Source of the DNA: Trichoplax adhaerens | Taxonomy: Eukaryota; Animalia; Placozoa | Length of the DNA stretch: 64,000 nucleotides | Assembly (NCBI RefSeq): GCF_000150275.1 | Contig: NW_002060949.1 | Location: forward strand, 2,539,836-2,603,835 | Direction: 5' to 3' | Shown here: positions 42,789 to 64,000 of the stretch, piece after piece | Position numbering within the stretch: position 1 is the first letter of the stretch | Layout: the number at the start of each line of letters is the position of its first letter | Made by a program: the position numbers and the translations under genes | The notes under the pieces: model-generated | The model's input: the letters and a program-made list of their open reading frames with translations, nothing else | Databases searched by the model: none | What the model was told of the DNA's origin: nothing

Positions 42789-45700
42789 TATTGAGCTAAG
42801 CTCTAAATTACTAACAAGATAGGCACATTAATCAATAAGGTGTAACCATATATTAGAATTAAATATAAATACACTCTTTCGATTATAATATGTAAAAGCC
42901 CTTCTATACCAGCATAAATTTTTAGAAGCATCTTATTCATTAAGTTTAGAGAATTGATTCCTGATGAATGGCGTACACTTTATACTATAAAATAAGTGAT
43001 TTATATAATGTTGGAAGTTGAGTAAAAATACTGATTATCTCCATAAATAACTTTCAATCAATGACATTTGCACTCTCTATCTAATTCATTAGGATTGCAT
43101 TGAAATTATGAATATATCTAGGGACATTACATTTTCATTTACAATTCGTTTTTTTCTTTTAACTGCTAGATTATTACAATATTAGTTACTCATTGTTTAA
43201 TTTATTAGACATTTTCTAATTGATAACGTAAAAGAAGATATTTTATCTCTTTAAAGAAAACCAGACTCTTAAGTTTATACTGTCATACATATATTTAGTG
43301 GGTGCGGCAATTCTCTATGACCTAGTTAATTCAAATCTTAATGTCTAGATTGATTTTTCAGATAACTTAGAGATAATACAAGGCCAATGACGGTTATATA
43401 GTAATGACGTTATTTTTTTCTAATCCGAGCGATTACTTAAGCCTTGAAGACTTGATTTAAAGCTATAAATGTAATGAGGTAACACTACTCGTTCAATAGT
43501 CACATTAGTCAATAGTCACATGGTAACGATACATAAAGTAGTAATTCTATTGCCTACAAAGGCCTAGAAGAGTTGAGCGAGTGAGATCATTAGATATTGC
43601 ACCTTCATTATACGTTATAACTACTTTTATTTCAAGGATGAACCCCAATAATATGAAGTTATTAATCAGTTTAATGATTCTTATATTGTTATCAAAATTT
43701 TACACTGTTGATAATGTGGTACCGTAGCTTAACCCAAAAAAGACATAGTTAATGAAGAAAGTAAAATTGTTGCGCAGTTTACCCGTCGTTATATATAGTC
43801 ATTTGATGTTTAAATTTGTAAAGTATAGAAGTAATGAGTAGAAAGAATGCGTAATAATTTCAAAGTGGTCATAATCGTTGTGAGAGATATAATATGTTCC
43901 AATTGCTCTTCATTGAAAAGAATGAAATTCAATGTTGATGGCATAGAAAATTAAAAATCGACATAGTTTCGAAATTTTTTCGTTAGTATGAAATCCGATC
44001 ATATTGTAATCTGACCAGATAAGATTAAAGGAAAATAATTTCTAAGTAAATAAGTGATGGTAGAAGACTACAAATTATATGTACCTGCAAATATATCTCG
44101 ATGGTCTATAGAGATGTTCCAAGTAAAACAATTTTCACTGATCGTTTGTATACAAGTAATTGAAAAAATTAGTGAAAGCTGTATGTAAAAATAGACGATC
44201 AAGATCAAAGCAACAAGTATAGGTAGAAAGAGGAGTAGGGACGATCAAACCATACGTATAGAAGGGAGGACGAATTAGATAACGCATGACGGTTATCATA
44301 AGGATCTGTTACCCTTTCTGTACAGAATGAATATCCTATAACTAATTAACATTCTGTAAGAGCAATAATTGTACTGCATTATTGCAGCCATAATAAAGAG
44401 CAATCGGCTATTCATCTATTAGCTAGTAAAAATAAATTTATTCAGCACGAACTCTCGTTAACATTAATAAACATATATTAAATTTAATAATTTAATTAAA
44501 TATGTACTCTACGCAAGGTTTATTGTACGTTAGTTCCATCGTAGCAGTTGTGGCACTAGTTATCATTATGATTAATCTGCTGCAACTCGGAAAAGCTGCG
44601 TAAGAAATTACATCTTTAGCGAGTGGCTAGCAGACCTTAGATTTCGATTGCACACTAATATTTAGTAGACATTTATCCAATTCGGCTCGGTTACAGCCTT
44701 TTCAAGTTTAACGATAAAGTTTATGTCAGATAGGTGTTTATTTCTATTGTATTGCCCCCATTGCTATTACCATCAATACCACCGACACCGATTGATTATT
44801 TATCGAGATGACTCCATCCTATTCTATTGGATAAACTTTAGCCAACTATCATCCAATCATCAACATTAAATAGGTCTTAAACTCATAACTGATCTGATGG
44901 AAATTAAAATAACATGCAAGATGGGCAAATTCCGGTTCAAAATGATGAAAGTTCTGTTACCCATAGCAATTTTAGAATAAATTAATTTTAATAAACCAAT
45001 TGAATGAATACAAAAAATAACTTTCCTCCTTTTACAAGCAAATGACTAACTATTTTAGATCATATTAGGTACCATGTGCTCGAATGACTGGACCCCCCAA
45101 AAACTAAATAAAACGCATTTTTCGTGTTAGTTTAGACTACGCTAAAATTTTCATTGTCAAGCTTGTAACACAGAAATATTGATAAAATGTTGACTTATTT
45201 AGTATTCAAGGTACCGCTGTTATTATCAGTTCACCGAATTACTAATAATCATAATTATTACTAATACAATATATCATACGATAATCAGGTTAAGATATCG
45301 TTCTGTTACGAGTAAAAATTTTTGAAAATCATCACTCAGTATTTACAATCGCGGCTAGAACGACAAATGACGATCACGTGCATCATCCAAAGCTATCAGT
45401 TACTTATTGCTTGCAAAATCCACACCTGAAAATTGAATATGTGATACAGTGGCTGCCTGTTTCAGTATCATAATAAATTTTATGCTCTAATTATAACGTG
45501 GCCCTGGTTATTTTCACGTCCGAGAACATCAAGAATTCATGCACTTACATTACTGTACCCGTAACGAATGGATAGACATAAATTCTATCGTAGTCACTTT
45601 CATCTATAATAGTAGCTATTTCTGGAATATTTTACTGAAACTTATGGGTAAGGAAACAATTAAAATAGTGGCTATGATACAAATTCCTTACTGATATACG

Positions 45701-48056
45701 AGTGAGGCCTGGCTAGTTGAGAACTATATAAAGCTTACAGCATCTAACGCTAATCAATATATTGCGTCATGAAGTGTACAGTAAATACAGAAGGAAACTG
45801 CTAGAAGGTATAATACTTGTCCTATCAGAAGTGAAATGTTACACTTTTTAATAAATCAATTCCGCGACTCTGTAGCGATCTGAATTAATCTTCTCACATT
45901 TTAGTTTTATAGTACAAGATTATGTATAAGAAAATGTGTAAATGCATTTGGAATTGCTTTCGTAGTCCAAGATTTTACGAAAAATGATCTTTTGATTACG
46001 TTATTACAATACTTTAGACCATCTTAGTGCTATAATAACACTCGTCGAAAAAAAAACTACGCTGCGTTTCAATTCAATCATTAAGAGTTATCCTACAATG
46101 ACTCAATTTTATCTCAAGTTGTTGCTGATGTAAAGTCAGTCAGTGTCTGCTTTTTAGCAAGCACATAGAAATAAATGTAGACAGGCCTTATCTCGACAAT
46201 GGATCGATATAATATGGCCATAAACGATGAAAATTCAGTCATAATCGATATGCAACAGAGGATTATAAAAAAAAGAGACGACATAAAAATCCATATCGTC
46301 ATTATAAACATACTTGATGCGATCCATACTGTAATTTGGAAATAATTAACGATGAATTATTACCGGGATAATCGAATTAATATAATCAATAGAGATAATA
46401 CGGCATGATGCTTTTAGCATTACTGAGCTACTTGGTTTTCCTACCTTTCATCTGGTGCTACGTCCATTACAACATGTATTGGGATAAATAAACTTCCTGG
46501 TAGTAAAGAAATGTAAAATCAACGCGAAGTCATAATAATTTATTTTTACCGTAGCCTTACTCAACGTATCGACACAAGACGCTACAATGAATAATAATTC
46601 TGATTAATCAATTAGAAAAGCTTTATGCAGAATATCGGCTTACATGCAGTATTGACAAGTTGTATTAATTCAGTCGACGATTACTATGCAGTGATAATAC
46701 CATCTCCAACTAACCTGTAATGACTTAGTGAACGTCTTTTATATTTTCCTTTGATTTGAAAGTGATAAGTACGTCAAACAATAATAACAATTGAGGATAT
46801 TTGCAACTTTCTGATCACCGTAGATCTACCTACCGTGCAGGATTACTAGCGTCAAGATATTATTGTCATTAAAATAGTGATAACATGACGTTTTGAAAAA
46901 ATATTTAAAATATATCTTAATTAAGTCATCAGTACTAATAGTAATCAGTCGAAATCATCTATAATTTAAATTTCCCAATCTGCTATGACATCATACCGAA
47001 AGAGCGCATAATAAGAGGTTTTTGTTCCTAATTATTATTAGATCGACTATTTATCGTCATCAATAGTAAGTTCCAAATCTGTTTCTGGTAACCACTCCGT
47101 TCATCGATCTAAACTATTAGAGATCGAATTTAGCACATTCAACTATATTAAGATATAAAATATCTACATCAGATTACGATTATCTGGCACAATATTATTT
47201 TTCAGCTATTATTAGCAAGGTTTATTGATTAAGTTCTATTTTTGACGTAGTCTAAATACGAACTTATCCGTTATTTAGATTGCTGACTGTCTTCTCCATC
47301 TTGCCCTATATAGCGTTGTTGTTTACTTACATTGGACTATTATAAAGATGTTATAGTGAAATTAAAAGCCACTGGGAAATGGATTAATAATCACTATCAC
47401 TAATGCTAAAAGTCATATATAATTTACAATAATTTTGGCACGAAGAAGGAATCTTGTTATACAATACTTGATTAGTTTTATCACGCATCCCTTTCTAGAG
47501 TGCTATGTATCAGGGCCAGGCTAAAGCAATCTACAGTGTATCTAGGTCTAAGTTGTAACATGGCAACTATACCCAAACAAATACGACGTTTAAAAATGTC
47601 GTAGCTTGTAGCTTTAAACATGTAATACTAATGAAATGATGATTTTACACTCATTAATAGATACTTTCTACATGATATATACTGTAGGAGAATAATCGTT
47701 AGACTAAGGCTAGATGCAATCCTTAATAGTTAGTAAATTAGTCGACATGTTACAATGACAGAATTCAGCTTCCAATGTTCTACTTTCGCATATTAAGTAC
47801 TCGTATTAGAAGGTGAATATTATGGCATGATAATGTTTGATATAATTATTCAGGAATGAACTGACTATGGGTTAAATTTAACTGTCTTTATATTACGGTA
47901 TATTATATTTATTATGTTGATTTTTAAACAATTAACTCACAACATACAACCTTTTCCAATCTTAGTATCAAGTTTTTTGCTTGAACTCAATCGAATTTGG
48001 GCCTACCATGGTATCTACTCGTTCACCTTTCTCTATTAGTGCTAGGAAAGAAGTAC

Positions 48057-48255
48057 GATAGAGTAGTATAATTCCATAAGAAACTACAGCTTTGACTTAT
48101 CACTGATAGAGGTAAAGCAGCGCTGAGTAAGACGATTTTCGAAGTTGTTGAACTTTTCAAACAGGCACAAAAACTGAGCTATCCCAGATAAAGATCGGCG
48201 GACAGAATAAGCAGATATCACCATCATTGAAACTATTTCACGGTACTGTCATGTA
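48057..48255 (+). mobile_element. Decayed retroviral-type integrase core (rve) fragment
   Basis: Reads DRVV*FHKKLQL*LITDRGKAALSKTIFEVVELF, then after a frameshift PDKDRRTE*ADITIIETISRYC. This fits the Gypsy integrase pattern HGxPxxLxTDRGxxFxS...HPQTDGQTERxNRT, carrying the second D and the E of the DDE triad. Confidence 0.65.
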
Positions 48256-48894
48256 TGGAAAGGAAAATATTTGAAGAGATAGTATTGATAAAATATTAAG
48301 ACCAACTATAGAAATAACCAATTACGCCTTAAATAACTGCAGCAAAAGATCTATCGTAACATAGATAAATATATAAAATATTGCTAACTTGAGTAGTTCA
48401 CTAACTAGAAATTTACTCATGTCTGAAGTATTACTGTATCGATTAGAATTTATCCATTCGTAGAAATCGATATTGGCTGTCGTCTAGGCTCCGGATATGT
48501 AGTTAGTACCTTAAAATTGCAACTTTTAACAGGAATAAATCAGTTGAAAAGGAGTCAACAAAGGTCATTGAAATTGCAGCGATTAAGTAGACTAGAAAGG
48601 AAGTAACTCGCTTGGCGTTATGCTGCCTTCTACGGAAAAATTGAGTTATCATACCTAGCAAAATCGATAGCGTTTAACACGATTATGGGGCTGCTAGAAG
48701 AATGCCCAAATACATACTGCAGTGCTGGCAAAATATCAAGACAAACAGTTGATGGAAAGAGTCAATTATCCTCGCTAACAGCCGTAATTTATGAAAAGAT
48801 TTGAAATTTTATATTAGAACCCTTTCTGTAAACTGAAGTTAACTTTCATCCATCATCTAGCAGCTAGATAGGTAGTCAGCATACTGTATTGAAG

Positions 48895-49100
48895 TGGCCT
48901 AATTTTCTTGAAAGAAATTAATTGAGATTTAAAAAGAAGCAACTCGCTTTCCACTGACTCTGTATATGCGTATGTTACTGCCCTAGCTAATAGAACGAGA
49001 AAGAGCAGCTCGCGGCTGCTGTTCGATGAATTCAAAAATTCTCTAGCAGCAATGCTGGTTCAGATTTTTCATCAGAAAGAGAGCCTTATTCTTTGGTAGC
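48895..49100 (+). mobile_element. Possible second decayed gag fragment
   Basis: PNFLERN*LRFKKKQ, then after a frameshift TDSVYAYVTALANR...AMLVQIF. This resembles the Gypsy gag motif ERxxFxxRxQxxxESVxxYVxxL. Confidence 0.4.
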
Positions 49101-50626
49101 CTATGCGTTAAAATGCTATTGACCGAGATACAATCGCGAACAACGGCTTCCAGGATTTTTGTTAATTATAATTATACTTCCTTGTACTACTAATGATCGT
49201 GATCAACAATCTGTAGAATTTTGATCACGCAAGACTCGTTAATTCTGAGACTCATCGTAATAGGATTTGAGGGTTCTATCTTAGTAATTCATGGTTATAA
49301 TGCCGTAAAGTAGGAAAATATTATTTAATGCTATGCATTTATTGACTCATTAAAAAAAAAAATGATTGTCAGCATTACCGTAGATGGTGACTTAGAGGTT
49401 ACTAGTTTAATTTCTGCGAACAGGACTGACTATTTAAGAAAAAATTATTTATTTATTATTTTTTTCTTTCCCCCTAAAAGAACAAAGATGGCAAGTGATA
49501 CTTCATGTAAAGTCTCCTGTTTTGATTAGTGTGTATACAGTACTATAGTCGATTGAGCGACTTTTATCGAGGAAATTCCTTTCTCGCGATGCACAGCCAG
49601 ATAGTTGATAATATTTTATGACCAGCATATGCACATTGTATAGTAATTTGTCTTTCTGCTTATAGACTGTAGACGAGAGAGAGAGCTGTTTTAGAGAAGA
49701 GAAACTTTATTACCCAAAGTCAATCACGTACAAGGTAGAGATATACAATAGATATGCGGCTATACAGAGAAAGGATTCTGAACCCAACACGCAAATACAC
49801 ATATACATAAATGGGCAATGATATTATACCTTGTATAATCTAATCACTTATTATAGTAATCGTTACCTTATTGACGAATCTCGCTCTAAGCGAGCAGAAA
49901 TGCGTCCGAATTTTGTGCAAATCAGTAATTGTAACAGAGTATTCTCACTAAAAGTGGGCAAGCTTGCTCAACTGCGGTATCTAATGGCGACGTTTGTATA
50001 GTATACGTGTTAATATAATCAATGGATTATAATGATTGCCACTCGAACTAAACATCGGCTTACAGTATTATAAAAATCTTTTAGTGCACTGTCCGAATCA
50101 ACAAAAAACATCTTACAGATGTTGTTGCTGTAGGAAAAGCAATATCGTAACAACATTAGCTTATTGGAGAAATGTGCCATCAATATTCTTGAAATATGCC
50201 TCTTATTTATTATGCGATCAGAGGCTGCAAGAACATTCATTAATAGGGAAGTTTGTGTTACTGGCATAAGCTATACCTGGTGGCCTTAAAGAAATGTAAA
50301 GACATTTGCGGAGATACTATTGGTACGGCAATAATTAACTACTCATGGATTTTGCGTCGGTATATGGGTATTTCCCAATGCAAAAGTTTCAGTCGAGTTT
50401 TTGTCACAAGCGCCGTTGCCTGAAAATATAGCGGTGAGAGCATTATTGTAGTTCAGTATATGTGGAAAAATACGAGCATATCGATGTTACATAATAATAA
50501 TTAAAAAGATAGTGTTATACCAGTACATTATATTCAAAAATGATCGGGAAAATTCCACTTCTACCTGAAAGTATTTTATCTACTTTCTAGCCAGTAGGTT
50601 GATATTTCTACATATAGATAATAAAT

Positions 50627-50644
50627 TGGCGTAATTGGTAGGAT
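50627..50644 (+). other. Primer-binding site complementary to the 3' end of tRNA-Ser
   Basis: 15/18 match to TGGCGTAGTCGGCAGGAT, the reverse complement of the conserved metazoan tRNA-Ser(AGA) 3' end plus CCA (recalled sequence). It sits directly in front of the gag start. Confidence 0.65.
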
Positions 50645-51730
50645 GGCTGCTTATTGATACATTCCCGCTAAATGGAATCCAGACGGAGAAGGAGTTATTC
50701 CATTGTTGGACAGATTAGCTTATGTCTTTGATATGCGTACATGAAATTACCAAGAAAAAGTATTAATAACATTAAGAGCCGTACCGCTATACGTTAGGTC
50801 CAGACAACTGGGGCTGCAGTTCATGTACTGTTGTCCACGAGGCCTTGAGGATGGCCCCACCGATAAAGTGTTTACCGACCTACGCATTTGAAGAACTAGT
50901 CTATAACCTAAAGTCAAAATTTCTTTCCTTGAGCACTCAATTATTAAAGCGAAGAATACAGCTAATTCGGAGACAACAATCGAGTTAGGAAACCACAAAA
51001 GCAAACGGAAGAGATTTGTTAAGATTAGCCAAAAATAATCAATTTGGAGGCGCTCAACAACTTATTCCAAGTATAATATTCATATCAGGCCTGCGAGATC
51101 GTTATCTGCAAGAACTACTGATGATGTGAGGAGGATTAAAATATCTTTCAGTTGACCCTGGAGCTGATCCGTCATGATGTCGAGGGCTACTAATCTCATC
51201 AGAAAAGCCAGTAAGGACGTACCTGCTATATAGAAATAAAGAAAAATAGAGGTAACCTACGAAATCTTTCCAAAGCAAGTTGGCGCCCAAGTCGAGTCGG
51301 AATGATATGCTCTCGCGATAGAATAGACCATAAACCGCAGGAATATCCATACCGAAAATATAAATGTAGTTTATATGGAACTATAGGTCATCTTAAACAC
51401 GTGTACCGAAACAAAAACGTACAGGTAATTGAGACTAATAGAATTAACTAAATGAGAGAAATTGTCTACCAGGATAATAAAAACTTACCGAAATCGGGCT
51501 ATGGACGTAGAGCAAGAACAATTACAATCAACCGAGAAAGCAGAAAACGAAATTGAAGAAGTTGCTCTCTTAACCATTTCGCAAGTTGATGACTGTCTAG
51601 TGCCACAATCCAACGATAGTACATCACTGTTTAAACCAAATTCGATGCGATAAGATTTAAATTTTTGACGCTTGATAATGTAACTGCGAATAGTAAAAGT
51701 TAATGATTACAACATGGAATTAGATGACTT
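50627..51730 (+). mobile_element. Decayed Ty3/Gypsy (Mag-like) LTR retrotransposon: PBS, gag with two zinc knuckles, start of aspartic protease
   Basis: PBS-like TGGCGTAATTGGTAGGAT (50627-50644), overlapped by ATG 50643. Stop- and frameshift-interrupted gag-like peptides follow: IPAKWNPDGEGVIPLLDRLAYVF, FEELVYNLKSKF...RRQQSS*ETTKANGRDLLRLAKNNQFG...IFISGLRDRYLQELL, and degenerate knuckles CSR..DHKPQEYPYRKYKCSLYGTIGHLKHVY (51308-51406). Then VKVNDYNMELD, which resembles the region before the protease D-T-G. No paired LTRs were recognised. Confidence 0.8.
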
Positions 51731-54362
51731 AATGTTTTTGTATCAACGAAACCTTGCAGGTCAAATCATATATTGTTAATACGGTAAGCTGGCGATGCGA
51801 GGGCAGAAAGAGTGTAATTTTGATGCGTTGAAATACATTTATAAACAGTCGTAAATAGGATATTTTGTCAGCACGACAAGAATTTTAGAATCGTTAATAG
51901 CAAGGATGACGAAATAGATTGAAAAATGTTCTGAATTCATACAAATTTTAACTAGCCAGCAAGCTACTGCAAAGATGTAATAACTTTTTATATTTAAATT
52001 TTATCTGATAAGATTAGGATGAGCATGTTTAATGAATGACCAACTAATGAAGTAATAAATATGTCAACTCCGTTTTCTTGTGTACGAATGAATATTCATG
52101 GTTAGACCCTGCTTTCGCTGCTGTACCATATAGTATCGTTTGTTATGGTAATTTATGAGGCATATGTAAGGAGCCATAATCGACAACATCGTATGTAACA
52201 ATCAGTGGAAAATAAAGAAATCAGGCGTAATTTGGCTTACTATGATACAATATTTGACATTCTATATATTTTAGAAGACCGAAATGAGAATCAAAAGATG
52301 CATTACAGTACAGTAATCTGCAGATATGCACGTATATACTTGCATATACTGAAATTCTATGTAAATCACTAAAATGTATAATTAGCGGCGCCGACGATAT
52401 TTTAGATCCAAGCGAAATTGTAGAAATAGAGTATCGGTACTATAATCGTGCCAGATGGAACGAGATAGGACATAGTTCATCAGATGTTGCAGACCTCTGA
52501 TTCAAGTAATTGCGTATAACACGAGTGTGAGCGCATTTTTAGTATTTGCGCTGAGATACGGGCTGCTATGCTATCCTAAAGGTATTTTGCCGGCGCATGT
52601 GCCAAATTATACGGGTACCTTATGTAGTAGAAAATCACTTTCATGCATAAAATTCTCGTTCCCGCCAGTAGCTGCCACTCGAATATCGAGTTGGTGTTAC
52701 TGGTAAGACTACACAAATCTACCAGACCATGTACGAATATAGTAACTGATGTAAAATAAAGTATTTTTGACCAGAACTGTTGCTAATACAGTATGTTGAA
52801 ACGGGGTACTTGTATTAATCGTATTACTGTATATGCTAGGGATTCTCTCCTTCAATGGCCGTCAATAAGAGGTATTGTTCTGTTATTAGGTGAAGCACTA
52901 CATTATTGCAACTTGTAAGTAGGCATTTATACCTACAGTAAACATGTTCGTCTAGAGAGTGCAAGGTGGAAGTATCTAGGTTTTTTTTACCGTAATAAAA
53001 AAATACCAAAATTTTAGAATTTATCCCTAAAATTGATTGTTTCGATCTTTTACTATTATACACGACTGATATTTCGGTTTGGGACAACTTCTAATTTGAA
53101 TGGTTATGAAGGTGTATCATAAAATGGTATTCGTTAGCTTGTTCATTAATTTATAACGCTTAATAGCTCTGTTTGGACCTCAAAAGGTCAGCAATAGCAG
53201 ATAAGATACGCGTAAATCAATTACGAATAAGTACGTGCATTTGCTTAAGAAATCATTTTAACGTCCGTCTCTACCTATTGCACGAAATATAGATTCATCA
53301 TCTGATAAAGTATTAAAGTTACTATAATTGTAGTTGCTAGAAAATGAAAATATCTGATACAATACGTGATTCAGCCACTAATTCACCACAATAATTAACA
53401 TCGCATCTAAATGGATCATTATGTTATACTGTACTTTTATTCTATTTTATGATGCCTAATAAATATGCGTAGATTCATGATATTAGATAACATCTAATAT
53501 AAATTAATCAAGCATTGGGCTAGTATATCTACAGCCATAATTACAATTAATTAATTATGATATTAAGGTATATTTGTATACAGTAGTCATTAAAAGGATA
53601 ATATTAGCACAGTTTCCCAATGTTATCAGCGTTAGTATTGACTGTAAGAATAATATATTGTATTCGCAACTATACATTTCTAAGTTTTTAGTTGCAAGTT
53701 AAGCAAGGAGAATATGTACAATTATGTTAGACTTAAAATATCAATAATGATAATTATCTCACCAATAGCATGTTACAGTCGATCGATCATAATGAAATTA
53801 TAAGAATTTATACTAAAATTTATAATTTTGAATAACATTAAAATCAGAATATGATAGTTTAACTAGCAATTACTATACAATAATACTGTAATGCGATACT
53901 AACCGTAACTAGCAAGATTTATAGTCACGACATATTACATGGTTAGGATATGAATATTGAACGCTATCTGTACGATTTTTACATCACAATACCGGGTATA
54001 TCAGAAGAGTCTCAACAATTGAATTTCTGTATCCTACGATAAGAAGTTTTACAACTTTAAGCCTTCAGATTAGGAGTTATGGTAAATTCTTGTATTTTTT
54101 CAGCACTTTTTACATGCAGTGATTTCATTCATTTCAACATCTTCATTACGAAGAGATAACAGGTAATTGATTTTATCAAGACAATAATTACATTACTCTA
54201 GATATTACGAAGAAAGATTAAGTTTTCGTTTCATTCTTACAAATATTTACGGATTGCCGCTGTCTAAAAATTCGGTAACTAAATCACTTCACGTTTAATC
54301 TTGAATATCGATTATAAACCCTTAACTGAGACATAGTGCCCCAGTAAGAGTTCCTTTTGTCC

Positions 54363-64000
<9,638 letters not shown>

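Noticed and set aside
46114-46311. Hydrophobic 65-aa minus-strand ORF as a membrane protein or first P-Rex exon
   Set aside because: Hydrophobicity is expected from T-rich sequence. No family motif or convincing splice link.
52381-52500. ADDIL peptide as a reverse transcriptase YxDD remnant
   Set aside because: The flanking residues do not match RT motifs, so it is probably chance.

Overview
AT-rich animal genomic DNA with many short (~60-150 nt) GT-AG introns. Composition, intron size and gene content suggest an early-branching metazoan, plausibly a placozoan such as Trichoplax; this is an inference and was not verified. Four protein-coding genes were reconstructed by hand with phase-consistent splice sites. 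(1) A 4-exon XK-related (Xkr) scramblase-family gene, + strand, 1622-4868. (2) An intronless Mos kinase, + strand, 17101-17985, flanked by ~12 kb and ~14 kb of apparently gene-free DNA. (3) A 37-coding-exon P-Rex RacGEF, - strand, 32194-42788, with DH-PH-DEP-DEP-IP4P but apparently no PDZ pair. (4) The 3' part of an otoferlin-type (type-2) ferlin, - strand, ~54363 to beyond 64000, with candidate alternative last exons. Between P-Rex and the ferlin lie decayed Ty3/Gypsy relics: integrase core, two gag pieces, tRNA-Ser-type PBS, zinc knuckles and a protease stub. No prokaryotic systems, CRISPR arrays, rRNA or tRNA genes were seen. I did not find a wholly new system. The best leads are the PDZ-less P-Rex with an INPP4-like CX5R loop, the alternative ferlin C-terminal tails, the ~1 kb ATG-depleted Mos leader, and the XKR-MOS-PREX-ferlin linkage that mirrors human 8q/20q.
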